A stretch of 55,911 nt of DNA, counting the filler, from Sluysia triapertura (Eukaryota): assembly GCA_046118255.1 (NCBI GenBank). It is 4 parts of 4 records of this genome, joined end to end, with 100 filler letters (N's around TTAATTAATTAA, not from the genome) between each part and the next. Parts side by side here need not be neighbours in the genome. Positions count along the whole stretch, not along the records: positions 28,562 to 44,412 come from JBJNIA010217140.1; positions 44,513 to 55,911 come from JBJNIA010185134.1; 2 more parts are not named here. The stretch is one strand, 5' to 3'. Under the pieces are notes generated by a model, which was given only the letters and a program-made list of their open reading frames with translations, did no database searches and had not been told where the DNA came from. The position numbers and the translations under genes were made by a program. Below, piece by piece: positions 39,078 through 51,348 of this stretch; the stretch's first letter is position 1, and every line of letters starts with the position of its first letter.

Positions 39078-41157
39078 ACATAATTTATGTTCACTGTTGA
39101 CTACATTAAAGCATTAGATGATCTTTAAGTTTTCAAATTCTTTTTTCGTATTATCTTAATCAAAGTAACGCTTTTGTGATGATCAAGGATCAACTAATGT
39201 AATTCTTATAACATTTATACAAATTATCAAATTTAATTTCTTTAAAACTTTTAAAATTATATCATTACATGATAAACTCACAATAAACATAGTTTTATTT
39301 AGAAAAGGTTTAGAATTATACTAATACTGTTTAAATACTTACTGCCTTCAACATTACAGTATTTTATTGTAACAGTCAACATAACGGTTTACATAAGTAT
39401 TATGTCTCAAGAGTAGATATCCATAGTTGTATAAATTACGTTGTCTTTCATCTACGACGATTATGATAGTCTTTTTATTATACTCATGAATAAAGAATTT
39501 CATAACATATGATAAAGAATTGCTATTTAAAATTGATAGATCTAAAACATACATCAATACAGTGATCCCAATATAGCTTGCACTGTTTTGTGACTTTTAT
39601 ATTTACTTCTGTCAAGCTTACTCGAAATTTTTCGTTCAATTTGAAATAAAATTTTATTACTAAAGGAATCTTTATCAATCATTGTTGATGTTTCTTTGAA
39701 CAATATCGTTAATAGTTTGTCTAATTTTGGTCTTACATAACTCGAAAATTCAACACGATTTTCATAAATTGTTAATGATGATAATACACAGGTTCTAAAA
39801 TGACATGTATTAGTTGGAAAAAAGGTAATTTTATGAATATCCAAACCAAACATATCTTTTTCAGTTAAACTCGTAACATTAATTTCCATGATTTTGATCA
39901 CAATGTATAACGCTCCAAAAAGTTTTTTAAATTTTTATTTAAATTTTTATTACTCTGAAATTTTATGAAAATTTTCGATGAAGTTTTTGATGTTTTATCA
40001 GTTCTCTTGCTGATTGGTTATCCAACCAAATGATCCAAATAACACTTTCATATAAGCGCATTTGGTTGTATAACCAATGAAATCGAAGATTCATATTCAG
40101 CACACAAGAGAATCAATTTGATGATGAAATAATCAAATGTGATGACTACCATCATCATCAATGACAGAAAAATTGTTAACGTAAAACAAAGATGTCATTA
40201 TGATGATGGCAGTAACTCAGTCGATTTTAGTGTGCATAATTTTTAATTAATTTTTATTATGATAATGATTAAATGTTAATAATAATAATAACAAGAACAC
40301 TATTGTTATTATTATTATTATTATTTTGCAAATTTAAAAATGCATAAACCTTGGTATCTTTATGTCTTACACGAACTTTTCTTTTATCTTTACTCTTTTC
40401 TCACTTATTAAATCTAATTAAATAAAAGCTCATTTAAATATTGTTTCGAAAATATTTACAAGAAAAGAACATGTTTGTTATTATTATTATTTCGATAAAA
40501 ATGCATATATTCTTTGCTTTGAGACTCTATACACGATCTTTCTTTGCTTATTTTGTGTTACTTAACATATCTAGGTTGTAGAAATGAAGAGAGATTTCAG
40601 TTTTGTGAATTTAAAGTGATAAGGTTTTTCTTTGTGACTTTACCTTCTTTTATGTAATTGTTTCTGATATTCTGGCTGAAATAATATTATTATCTGAAGT
40701 GTTACTAATTCATGTATAGTTTTTCAATGAAAACCTAGAATAAAGTAGACGCTAGAGTTAGTAATCGTGGTGTTTGGTTGTGAATGTTGATGTACATTTT
40801 TTGGATGGAAGGATGTAGAAATGAAATATTTTGAATTAAAATTTAATATGTTTTGATGGTTTGGAGTATTAATGTTTTTTGGATGTTGTGAGGTGTTGGA
40901 TAAGTGTTCATAATGGATTTCTTGCTATGAGTTAATGGTGTTTTTATTATGAATTGACAGATTCGCGGTGTATTAAGAAATAAATTTTTGCTTTGTGAAT
41001 TTATAAGATATTAATATATTTTTTAAGGTTATTCAAACACAACACGATATAATCGAAACTCATAGATATGAAAATTTAGTTGAGTCACATTTGTTAATCA
41101 ATCATGAGCGATGTTCATGGAACACACGAGCGATTATTGCAATGAATGCTTTAAAGT

Positions 41158-41638
41158 ATGTCGGATGATGATGAAGATTATGGAGATAACGATGATGATG
41201 ATTTTAATGATGATTATGAAGTTAAAGATAACGAAGATGATACTCTTAATGAAGAGCTTGATGACATATTAGAATTTAGAGAAAATGTTATTAAACATTC
41301 GAGAAAATATGCAAGTCAATTTTTGCCCATTAGGTAGCGACAAAAATGGCGTATATATAAAGAGTGGAATCGACTGCTGCTATGCTCAAAGAGTCTACGA
41401 ATTGGGGTCTATCAAGAGAAATGATTCAAATTATAATTATCATTCCTCTAGAATAGCAGAACTAGTCAAGAATCTTAGTTTATTGACTACGAAATCGAAT
41501 ACCAACAACTTTATCATGAACGATCAAGAAGTAAATAATTCGTTTATTTATAGTGATAATATTATAATCTATAATTGTTATTCAGATAGTGGAGTCGTAT
41601 TAGGAGGACATACAGAAATTCAAAATTATAATAAATAA
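41158..41638 (+). pseudogene. Acidic N-terminus plus degenerate CCCH zinc finger
   Basis: MSDDDEDYGDNDDDDF... then, removing one T from the T5 run at 41320-41324, KYASQFCPLGSDKNGV(Y)IKSGIDCCYA(Q)RVYEL. The Y (TAT) and Q (CAA) codons are each one base from C and H. Confidence 0.6.
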
Positions 41639-43140
41639 ATTTTTATGTGATTTTTATTTATTCTTCATAGAACAAAAAGTTAAGATCATTTTAAATTTTC
41701 AATTTTAAAAAATAAACTTTTGATAAAATTTAGTAATTTCTTCGTAACCAAAACGCAAGTAACCATTTAAACTTATTTTTTAATTCAAAAAATTTGAAGT
41801 ATAATTTGAAATTTATTAATTATCTTCAACCACAACAATAATAATGTTAACAATAATGATAATAATAATGATAATAGTAATAATAATAGTAACCCAAGCT
41901 TAATGAATAGACCAGGTTTCTAGTAGTAATATCAGCGCTCAGTAGGTCTATTTATTTTTATCGTCAGGTATTAAGAGCATGACAAATAAATGACAAACTA
42001 ATATTTCCATACACCTTCTAACACTAAGCATCGCTGGTCCCATTACTTATTTATTAGCGCGAAGTACATCTCAGAGTAAAATATTTGACATATTCCACTT
42101 TAAATCACGCGGTATCAACAAGCATTATTTATCTTCGTAAAAACATTTGAAACAATGAATGATGGTAATTTGAAACTGATGTAACTGTGGATCACAATGA
42201 TAAAACATAATAAGTGTGAATCTATAGATGACAATGTTTATTAATTAATTTATTATTGGTAATTATACGAAATTAATAAATATGTTCATCGGTTTCTGTA
42301 GCACCTCTGAGAGATGGAACTAACGTGACAATTAATAGATATCCAATTAAGACACAGACATTTCCTTACCTTGTTGTTTCTGTACTAAATTAATAATAAT
42401 AATAATAATCTATTATGATTATGATTATTATTATCGGGCCTAGGATCCAAGACATGTAAATAAATATTATAAGTGAATATTAATATAAAAGCGTTTCCAT
42501 AGTTCATTATTACAATCATTGCGTGGTTTATCAGTTTTAATCCGTTTAAATTGAAAATCATCTCGGACAAACCAAAATGAATTAGGTAAATTATCAAAAA
42601 TATATTTGGTTGTTACAGTATCATTTAACATTCTTTGACTTACCGAAACAGATCTATTACAATAATCTGTGCGTATTACAATACTAACTGTTAAAACTGG
42701 ATAGACACTATCTTCAGACTTGTTATTCGTTTACGATGACTCATAAAATCTAATAAACCACCAAACTGACTGATATCTAATAACTTAACCACCTCGTCAT
42801 AAATCGAGCAATGAATGCCTCTTCCTTCAAAAAATACTTCCAAAACATGTTTGAAATTACAGTCTTCATTATTAACAATATTTTTAGTAAAATCTTGTTT
42901 CTCAGTTTCAATATTATTAAGATTCATAAGATGTTTTTGATCATAGTTACTTGAGTTTAATAAATTATTTTCATTTAGTGTAATGGTAATTTCGACTTCA
43001 CTTGTGGAAGTCATATTCGTATTATAGGTCTTTATTTTTTTTACACCTTTTTAGTACTTTAAAGTTATTTAATACAATTGTTTTCTACAATACCACTTTC
43101 AAATTCAACATCAAATTGTTATTGTGCGTTGTATTGCAAC

Positions 43141-43200
43141 TGATTGGCTGTCCAATCAGAGATATAAAAATAATGAAAACAATCACTCTGGTTGGACAGA
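43141..43200. promoter_or_regulatory. Inverted CCAAT-box module upstream of ORF 42691-43014
   Basis: TGATTGG-ctgt-CCAATCAGAG ... CTCTGGTTGG; related arrangements at 40010-40078 and 50285-50348. Confidence 0.5.
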
Positions 43201-44362
43201 TATTTATAACATAACGTAAATAAAATTGACATACAAGCCACTTCCAACGGTGACAATAATTTACACATAGTAACCAATAGTGGCACCATTGGTACTGGTT
43301 AGATGACAAAACTAAAATTAAAGATCCAAAATAATGAAAATAAACATGATAATAATAATAACAATAATAAAAACAATTCTTTAGATTACTCAAAACATGA
43401 ACTTTCTTTTAATTCTTTCTTGTTCTGAACATATTTAAATTGGTGAAATAGAAGAGCATTAAAGAATTGTGAACTTGTGATGTTACAGATTAATGTTACA
43501 CATTTTGGATACAATTTTAAGGTGTAATAGTGACACTAATGTAAAATGTTTAAAATAAATTTTTAAATGTTATTTACTAGTTTTAACTGAAGATAAATTT
43601 AGGTGTTGAAGGCTTGTGATTTAAGTGCTTTGAAATGATATAAATGCTCTATGTGGATTTTAAATGTACGTTAAAATGGATGTTTAAAGATCGTAATTTA
43701 AAATTGCCTTGAAAGGAGTGTGGTTTAGTGACTGTAAAGAAGATAAATTATGGACTATGATTTGGTACATTCTAAAAGGTAATTGTGTAATGTTAAAAAG
43801 ATATGATTTTGGTTATGTTAGTATTGAACTATGTAAGAAAATGTTTATGATGAATTCTTTGAATGTAAATCGTAAATTTTGAGGGTGAATTTGATTTTGT
43901 GTTAAAAGGAAAAATTTTAATAAAATTTTTAATAAAAGTGATAGGTTGGCCACCACAATTATTATAATTATAATAATAATAATTATTATTATTATTATTT
44001 AATAAAAATATGAATAGTATATTAAAATAATATAATTTCATTTTACTAGATATACATTAATTGAATATTTTAAGTTATTTATAAATATAAGTAAGTAAAA
44101 TTATGAAAATAATAAAAACATGTTTGTTTCAATCAAGTAACAGTTAATTCTTGATCAGCGATGCAGTAAACTAAAGGAATGAATTAAAATAATGGATATT
44201 ATGTAAAGACAATGGATTGAAATAAGTTGATAAATCAAAATTTTAATAAATAATCAATGAAGCAAAGAGTTTCACTTATTTATTATTATTAATATTATTA
44301 TTTTTAATTTAATTTAATAATTTTCAAAAGATGACGATGACTAAGATGATTACTACTATTAT

Positions 44363-44412
<50 letters not shown>

Positions 44413-44512
44413 NNNNNNNNNNNNNNNNNNNNNNNNNNNNNNNNNNNNNNNNNNNNTTAATTAATTAANNNNNNNNNNNNNNNNNNNNNNNNNNNNNNNN
44501 NNNNNNNNNNNN
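44413..44512. other. Artificial assembly spacer
   Basis: N44-TTAATTAATTAA-N44, preceded by (CTA)n. Confidence 0.98.
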
Positions 44513-45729
44513 TTATTCATTTACCTTTGTAATCAAGATTATTAATAAAATGAATTTTATTCAAAATTACAAAAATATAAAATTTATAATTAAAAAATTT
44601 ATGAATAAAAAATGTCAATATTTTATTGCAAACTATTAGGTTTGGTATATTCTATTAGACTTGTTATTTTCTATTCTATTATGGATAAATTATATGACAT
44701 GCGTTCAAGTATTTTAAAGGAACACTTTCAAATGCAATTATTTGATAAAGCTATTAAATCACTTCGTATAGCGTTTCTATTGTGATATAATTTTATGCCA
44801 TAGTTATGGAGCTGCTTTATCATTTGGTATGTTTTGTATATATTTGACTATATTTTAACTCATTCCACATTTTAAAAAGCATGCTTATATTATACGATCG
44901 TATTATTTTAGTATAATTTTAAATATTATTTTTATGACCATATCTGGTCTCAATTATTTGAATTCAATTATAAATGTTGATATCATTGTTATTTTATAAA
45001 TATTCACTTTACTTATGCTACTCTGATTTAAATTACTAGCAACCACAGTTATTGTATTCATTTTTATAATGTCTCATTTCTTTGCCATTTATTATCATAT
45101 TGAAATTATAAACATTACGAACACTAATTTAACTCAAATTTGTTACTTGAATTCGAAAAATTATGTCATAGTTGTATTTTTCTCTATATTATTACTTTGG
45201 ACCATTTTCAATGGATTGTATTTAAGATTGTTACAATCATTATATTATAAAGGTGCTTTTTATGCATTAATCCAAAAGGTTAAAGCAAGAATAGAAATTA
45301 AAATAGCATAACAAGTTCAATTGTATTGGCTTCGAGCTTTCATGCCCAATAGTATGACTAAATAATGTGTGTCTGAACATGTAAAAGAATCAAACAATTT
45401 CAATACAATAACGTTTGTACAGTCAAATAATAGTGTGAGCCTATTTATGTGTCTTTTTGTTTTATATTATGGTTTAATAAAAAAATTGAAATTCGTTTTT
45501 GTGGAATTGTTATTTTTTAAAGATCTTAAGCCTAGTTTATTAATTCAAAAATTTAATAATTTTTTAATGCTTATAAAGTTAAAATGTTCTCGTTTAGCTA
45601 GAATTTTAAACTTATTAAATAAAAAATAAAATAAAATGTCATTCTTCTAACAATTTTTGTGTAATTAAAAAATTAACCAAAATAATCTTAATTTATTATC
45701 CATAAAATATAAAAAGATCTCCAAACAAT

Positions 45730-45869
45730 GAAGACTAACGCTATCATCATCTTTTCCTTTTGTCTCAATAGCTTTAGTGCTGTAAAAAACTGGATACAAA
45801 ACCCAATGAAGTTGGCTACAAATTGTGCACCATAACCAACAATAAGATAAAGAATATTAAATACGATTA
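45730..45869 (-). pseudogene. REEP5: REEP5/DP1/Yop1 (TB2/DP1/HVA22 family) fragment
   Basis: After the acceptor tttttag: IVFNILYLIVGYGAQFVANFIGF-(frameshift)-YPVFYSTKAIETKGKDDD, matching the remembered family motif LYLVFGYGA.LLCNLIGF.YPAY.SIKAIES..KEDD. Similarity stops before the expected WLTYW. Confidence 0.8.
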
Positions 45870-46479
45870 CTAAAAATAGAAAACGTAAATGCCACACACT
45901 AATATGAAATAAAAATGATAAGAATGAAACAATAAAAACGATGCTATTATTATTATCATGATTAACCGTTACCATAATCAACGATTGCTATATACTTAAT
46001 GTCTGGAGTGAGGGAATTTTGTGCGTAGGTGAATAAAATTGATAAAAAGAAAGTGATGGATGCTATTGCTTTTGTATGAAGTGTGTTATGATGTGTTGTG
46101 ATATAATATTAAAATGTGAATTATTAGGTAAATCACTACAATATGCAATTCACATTGTTTTTGATTTGAATTGAATGTTAAACTAATATTGTTAATATCT
46201 TTTACTCTTTTTATTATTTGAACAATGGAATATATAATGTAGTAGTAATCATTGCTGGAGTATTCGATGATTATATAATTTTATTTGATAATAGAATATA
46301 AACAATTACTGGGATATTTAAATGATAAAATAATTTTATTTTGATAATGGAATGTAGTAGTAACAATTGCTAGAATATTAAATGATTATATATACAATGT
46401 AATAGCAAGAATTACTATTTTAATACTAATTAAAAGGACTATACAATGTAATGACTACTATTTGTAGTGACTACTAATA

Positions 46480-47519
46480 TATGTACTGACTAAATACTAA
46501 ATATTTACATTATTTACATATGTTGATTAATTTTATGTATATAATAATACAATTATTTATTGGTAATGACTAAAGAATACATTGTTGATTAATGACTAAA
46601 AATAAAATATTTATTGATTAATTTTGTGTTGATCTTGTGTACAATTATTGATTACTTCAACAATTTATTATTTATTTTCAAATTTAAAGGAATTAATCAA
46701 TGTTAATAAGTAAGACTTTAATTATTTTTAAATTATTAATAAAATTATATTTAATTAAAAACTAATTTTATCACAAAAATCATTTGTTGTCATAAATAAA
46801 ATATTAGTTTTGTTTCAGTCTGACATATTCTTCTAACCGATTTTCTACGAAGATTAACTCTACGTTATCAATGAATATATCTTCATTCCAATCCTGCCAA
46901 TCTAATCGTGACTTCAAGAAATCTTTATTCAATTTTTCATTATTGTAGTTAGTTTACTTTTATAGGATTTGATATCGATAAGATATCCACGCAAAATCAG
47001 ACTAAAAATCATAATTGTAAATTATTTCGAATCTTACAATAGATTCATTGTAAACTTTTAACTAAAATAATTTCTCAGTAAAAAGAATTTGATTAATTTT
47101 AAGTAATTTTGTATACATATTTATATATACTTTTATATATACATAACATTTTTAATAATAAACCTTACGATTTAATTTTCTTAATTTGAATTAATTTACA
47201 TAGTTTTAAATGAAAGAAAAATCATCCGTCAATTGAATTTTTGTTAGAATATAAATCTAACAACGAAAACTAATCATTTCGATTCTATTTCAAAGTATCT
47301 ACGAAAAATTTATATTTAAATTTCCTGAATAAATCATATAAGTTGAATTAATAGATAACATTCTAAACAACTAACATAAATTCTAAAATTTGATAAACTT
47401 GACTTAACCTCCAATATTTTTACTTTACTAAATCCAACGGCTGGCCCTCGCTGGTAAGTCCAGTACGTTGGTGAACTCACAGTTTTAATTTAACTTTTAT
47501 TCTATACACTTTTCCCACA
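46480..47519 (+). repeat. LTR-like 3' terminal segment, copy D
   Basis: Ends ...TTTTCCCACA at 47519; hairpin at 47434-47471; inverted homology to 1035-2920 and 35896-37030. Confidence 0.7.
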
Positions 47520-48220
47520 CAATGTAATAGTTTTACCAAGCAATTATTTTATTTAAAATTGATACAACTTCCTCTTTTATTTTCTGTACATATATTTCTA
47601 CTTATACACTATACATTTCTACTTCTATGCTATATTTTTTACTACACACTATGATGAAAAATATATAAATATACATATAAAATATATGAAAAATATATAA
47701 GTAAAGGTAAAATTGCTGTACAAAAGCATTCGTGTTAGATTTATTTTCTTAAAACCTGCGAGGCTTAATTTTAGTACATGTGTAGTCCATAAACATTACA
47801 TTAATAATTTAACAGATTAATTTGTTATTTGTTTAGATTTTTTGGTTAATGAAGAAAGACGTATTAAGGCAAGAACTCATAATAAATGATAATAAACGAT
47901 CCGACATTGGTGCTATTGCTTTAGTCATTTAGGTAATCATTATGTTTGTTTCGAACAAATGTAGATATCATTGCTTACCTTATGACAACTATGATAATGA
48001 CCACTATTAAGTTCCAAACCATTTTATTACACCATCCCACGTAACATCATTTTCCATTGCTGGACTGCAAATTAGGTATTTAGAATCAACATTATTCGTA
48101 TTTCATCTCCGATGCATGCACATACAAACAATAAATAATGAGTATACCCAAAAGTATTAAACCTCAAATAACCATAATTGTAAATCAAAATGGCATAGTC
48201 AAGATGCGATTGATCTAAAG

Positions 48221-49390
48221 CAAGGGTCGACAACTTACGGCCCGCGAAATGATTTTGACAAGTTCATGAAGATATTTGACTGGTTCTTGACCGCATGTTA
48301 AATAATGTTAATAAATTTAATAAACAAAAATTGTTTTAATATTCATTAAAATTCACTATTTAAATTTTAAATTAACCCATGAATTCAAAGATCAGGAAAG
48401 TAGGTGGCGAGTTTGATTATTTCTTTATCGAGCAAAATGGAAAGCGAGCATGTCTTACTTGCCTTGAAAAGGTTGCGCCGAATAAAGTGACCCACAATTT
48501 TGAAAATTTAAAAAAATTACCGGAGAATTAAGGAGAGATGAAGTTAAATAGCTTAAATCTAAGTTTGGAAAGAGACATTATTTTTTACGAAGAAAAGAAG
48601 TGAATGTGAAGCTAATACCCGTGCAAATTATGAAGTGTCAAGACTTATCACTGAAAATGTGAAACCGTTTATGAATAGTGAATTTGTTAAACAATGTTTA
48701 ATGACAGTGGTCGATATGCTTTGTCCAGTAAATATTCAATATTATTATCTGATAGGACTGTCACAAGACGTATTGAAGAGATGTCATCAGATGTTAAAAG
48801 TTGTTTAATGAAGGCCTGCACTGAATTGCAGTTGATGAGACTATAAACTTAAATGGCACAGCTCTGCTTAAAGTGTTCATGCGAGGTGTGACTTCGAGTT
48901 TCAATGTTTTTGAATAATTTATTCAGTTAATTCATTTGAAAGATACATTTACTGAAGCAGACAAAATGAACTTAGATATTTCAAAATTAATTGGCATCAC
49001 AATTGATGGAGAACCGGTAATAACGGGAAATAAAAAAAAGCATTGTTGCAATATTGCAGGAACGTATGAAAAATCTTGGAATTCCACAGAAGCTGGTGAA
49101 AATTCATTGTATTATTCATCAAGAAGCCTTATGTGACAAATCTGTGAAACTGAAGAATGTAATTGACACTGTTGTGAAAGTTGTTAATCTGATCCTATCT
49201 CGTGGATTAAATAATCGCCAATTTAGGCAGTTTTTGGTAGATACAAAGGATGAATATGGAGACTTCGTCTATTTTTCCATTGTTCGCTGACTAAGCAGAT
49301 GTTCAATGCTCAAAAGAATATTAAAATTACATAATGAAAGTGTAGTTTTCCTTCAAAGCAAATCTGTGGATGCATCACATTTTCGCGTCA
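48221..49390 (+). mobile_element. 5' part of a decayed hAT transposon (SPIN/Charlie/GTF2IRD2-type)
   Basis: Terminus CAAGGGTCGACAACTTACGGCCCGCG after ATCTAAAG. Motifs KPFMNSEFVKQC, LSDRTVTRRIEEMS, ITIDGEPVITG, IHCIIHQEALC and GLNNRQFRQFL..EYGD. Confidence 0.92.
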
Positions 49391-49399
49391 AATATTTTC

Positions 49400-51348
49400 A
49401 CTAATGATTGTTATCAATAACTAAATACTAAAATCAAAATAATCAAAAATTTGAATATATATTTTAATAATCACAAAAGAAAACGAATCTACAAAGTGTT
49501 TTTATTCACAATAATTATCAAATAAAATAAAAGAAAATTATTGAAATACAAATAAACAATTTCAATATAAACCTTGATCAAATGTAACTCATTAAACATA
49601 GCTGTTAGAGTAGCTTCCAGTATGCGTGCAACAGATTTATTCATAGCTCGAGCTTCCAATAATTCGTACTTTTGGATCGCAGTATTCAGAATCTCGCAAA
49701 CTCAGCAAAATATGATAAGGAATATAGAACAGTCTTTATTGTCTCGAACACTGAGTAATTTGCATGATACACTTGATCGAAAAACTGGGATATTAGATCA
49801 ATTAATTGTAAACTTATTCGACATTTAATACAAATGCGTAATGAATATGACATTCGTGATGCTTCCGCATAAGTTGAACCAATTTTATCGTTGAAAACAA
49901 ACAAATTACGTTTTTCTCAAATCCGTTGGATCATTTAAACATGAATTTGAATTTGCTACTCGAATCAGTTCGAACTCTATTATAATACCTTGAGACGAAT
50001 CAGAATGTTTATTTAATGTCCTGTATTCATATTAATAAACATTATCTACATCATTTTCAATTTTTCGTATTCAAAAATGTGATCATAATCTGCATGAACA
50101 ACTTTATAATCTGCAGTTTGTACGACTAAACGATCTACTCATGTTTTTCTATCCACCGTAGAATTGTTTGACTTGAAATTGTAATAAATAATAACACCGA
50201 AGATAATTTTATAATTTTTATTGCTCCTTTTTTGTCTCTTAGTTTCTCAATCAATATTATTATGTTTTTTGTTTCTAACTATTAGATTATTTGGCTTGCC
50301 CAATCAGAGTATTAGAAAGTAATTTTAGTAGTATGTACTCTGATTGAGTGACGTATAAAAATTACTGGTTTTAAATAAAAGACGAGAAAACTGGTGATTG
50401 ACCATCATCAGTGGTGGCACTATAATGAAAAATGTGACGTGTAGTGTCAATACTGGTGATGAATTGTTATTATTATTATTAAATAAAAGTAATTACATAA
50501 AATTTCTTGTTATCTTTTAAAAAACCTGATCGTTTCTTTCTGCGTCCTGATTTCTTACATATTGAAATAAAATAATCAGATAAAACTATTGAAATTATGT
50601 GAAGAAGCAACGACAACGTGGTATGCTATGGTTCAGTTATCGTTGTTGCTTTATCAAAAGGCAATGAATTCTTTAAAGCTCAAATATTTATTTTTGAAAA
50701 TGTGAGATTAATTTGAGCTACAAGTAAACTACAGAGTGCTAGAATGAACTCTTAAGGTTTATTAAAGGTTTATAATGGAAAATGCGATTTATGTGTTGAA
50801 TGTAATAGTTTAGAATGTTTGTTAGTAGGTTATAGTCTATTTGATTCAAAAGACCATTACAAAATAAATCTTATCTACCATATTATTGAAGGGTGTTGAT
50901 AATGATTGTTTGAAGAAGCGATAGGTTTAAATTAGTGTGATTGATCCGTGATTGTAGCGTGAATGTTTTCTATGTTTCGGGTACTTGTTAGTGTTGTTGG
51001 ATAATATGAATATGTTTGTAATTTAAATATTATGTATTATGATTATAACTTGGTTTGAGAGAATGACTATTGAGTAAACATTGTGAATTATTTTTCGTAT
51101 TAATTATCGAAGTATGGTGTGAGATGAATGATTGAGAGTATTCGACGAGTTGTTTTTAAGAAGTATATATTGTTAAATTGTTATGAATGTCGAATGTTGT
51201 TTTTGATGTATTGAATAGTATGAAATGTGATTGATTTAGATGTGTTTTTTGTGAACTGATTGTTGTGGTTTTAATATGTTAAGTATAATTAATATTTAAA
51301 GTTGTCAGGTTTTGAGAAAATTTAGAGTTGTGGGTGTTGGCCACTACA
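49400..51348 (-). repeat. Compact LTR-like unit (TGTAGTGGCCAAC start, CCAAT module, decayed ORF)
   Basis: Family start at 51348, skewed region, CCAAT pair at 50285-50348, decayed minus-strand ORF at about 49570-50240, T-rich 3' region. Abuts the truncated hAT. Confidence 0.5.

Larger units (their letters stand above)
35896..43957 (-). mobile_element. About 8-kb LTR-like unit (TGTGGTGGCCAACC ... CTCACA) with internal promoter-ORF modules
   Basis: Both family termini occur on the same strand, with internal direct similarity (38050-38620, 40330-41000, 43380-43900). No gag/pol seen and no matching TSD (ACTTC vs ATTAT), so it could be composite. Confidence 0.5.

Noticed and set aside
35891-43962. 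TSD for the 8-kb unit
   Set aside because: Flanks ACTTC and ATTAT do not match, so a clean single insertion is not demonstrated.
47434-47519. Helitron 3' end
   Set aside because: The ends are ...ACA rather than CTRR, and the hairpin is too long and too far from the terminus.
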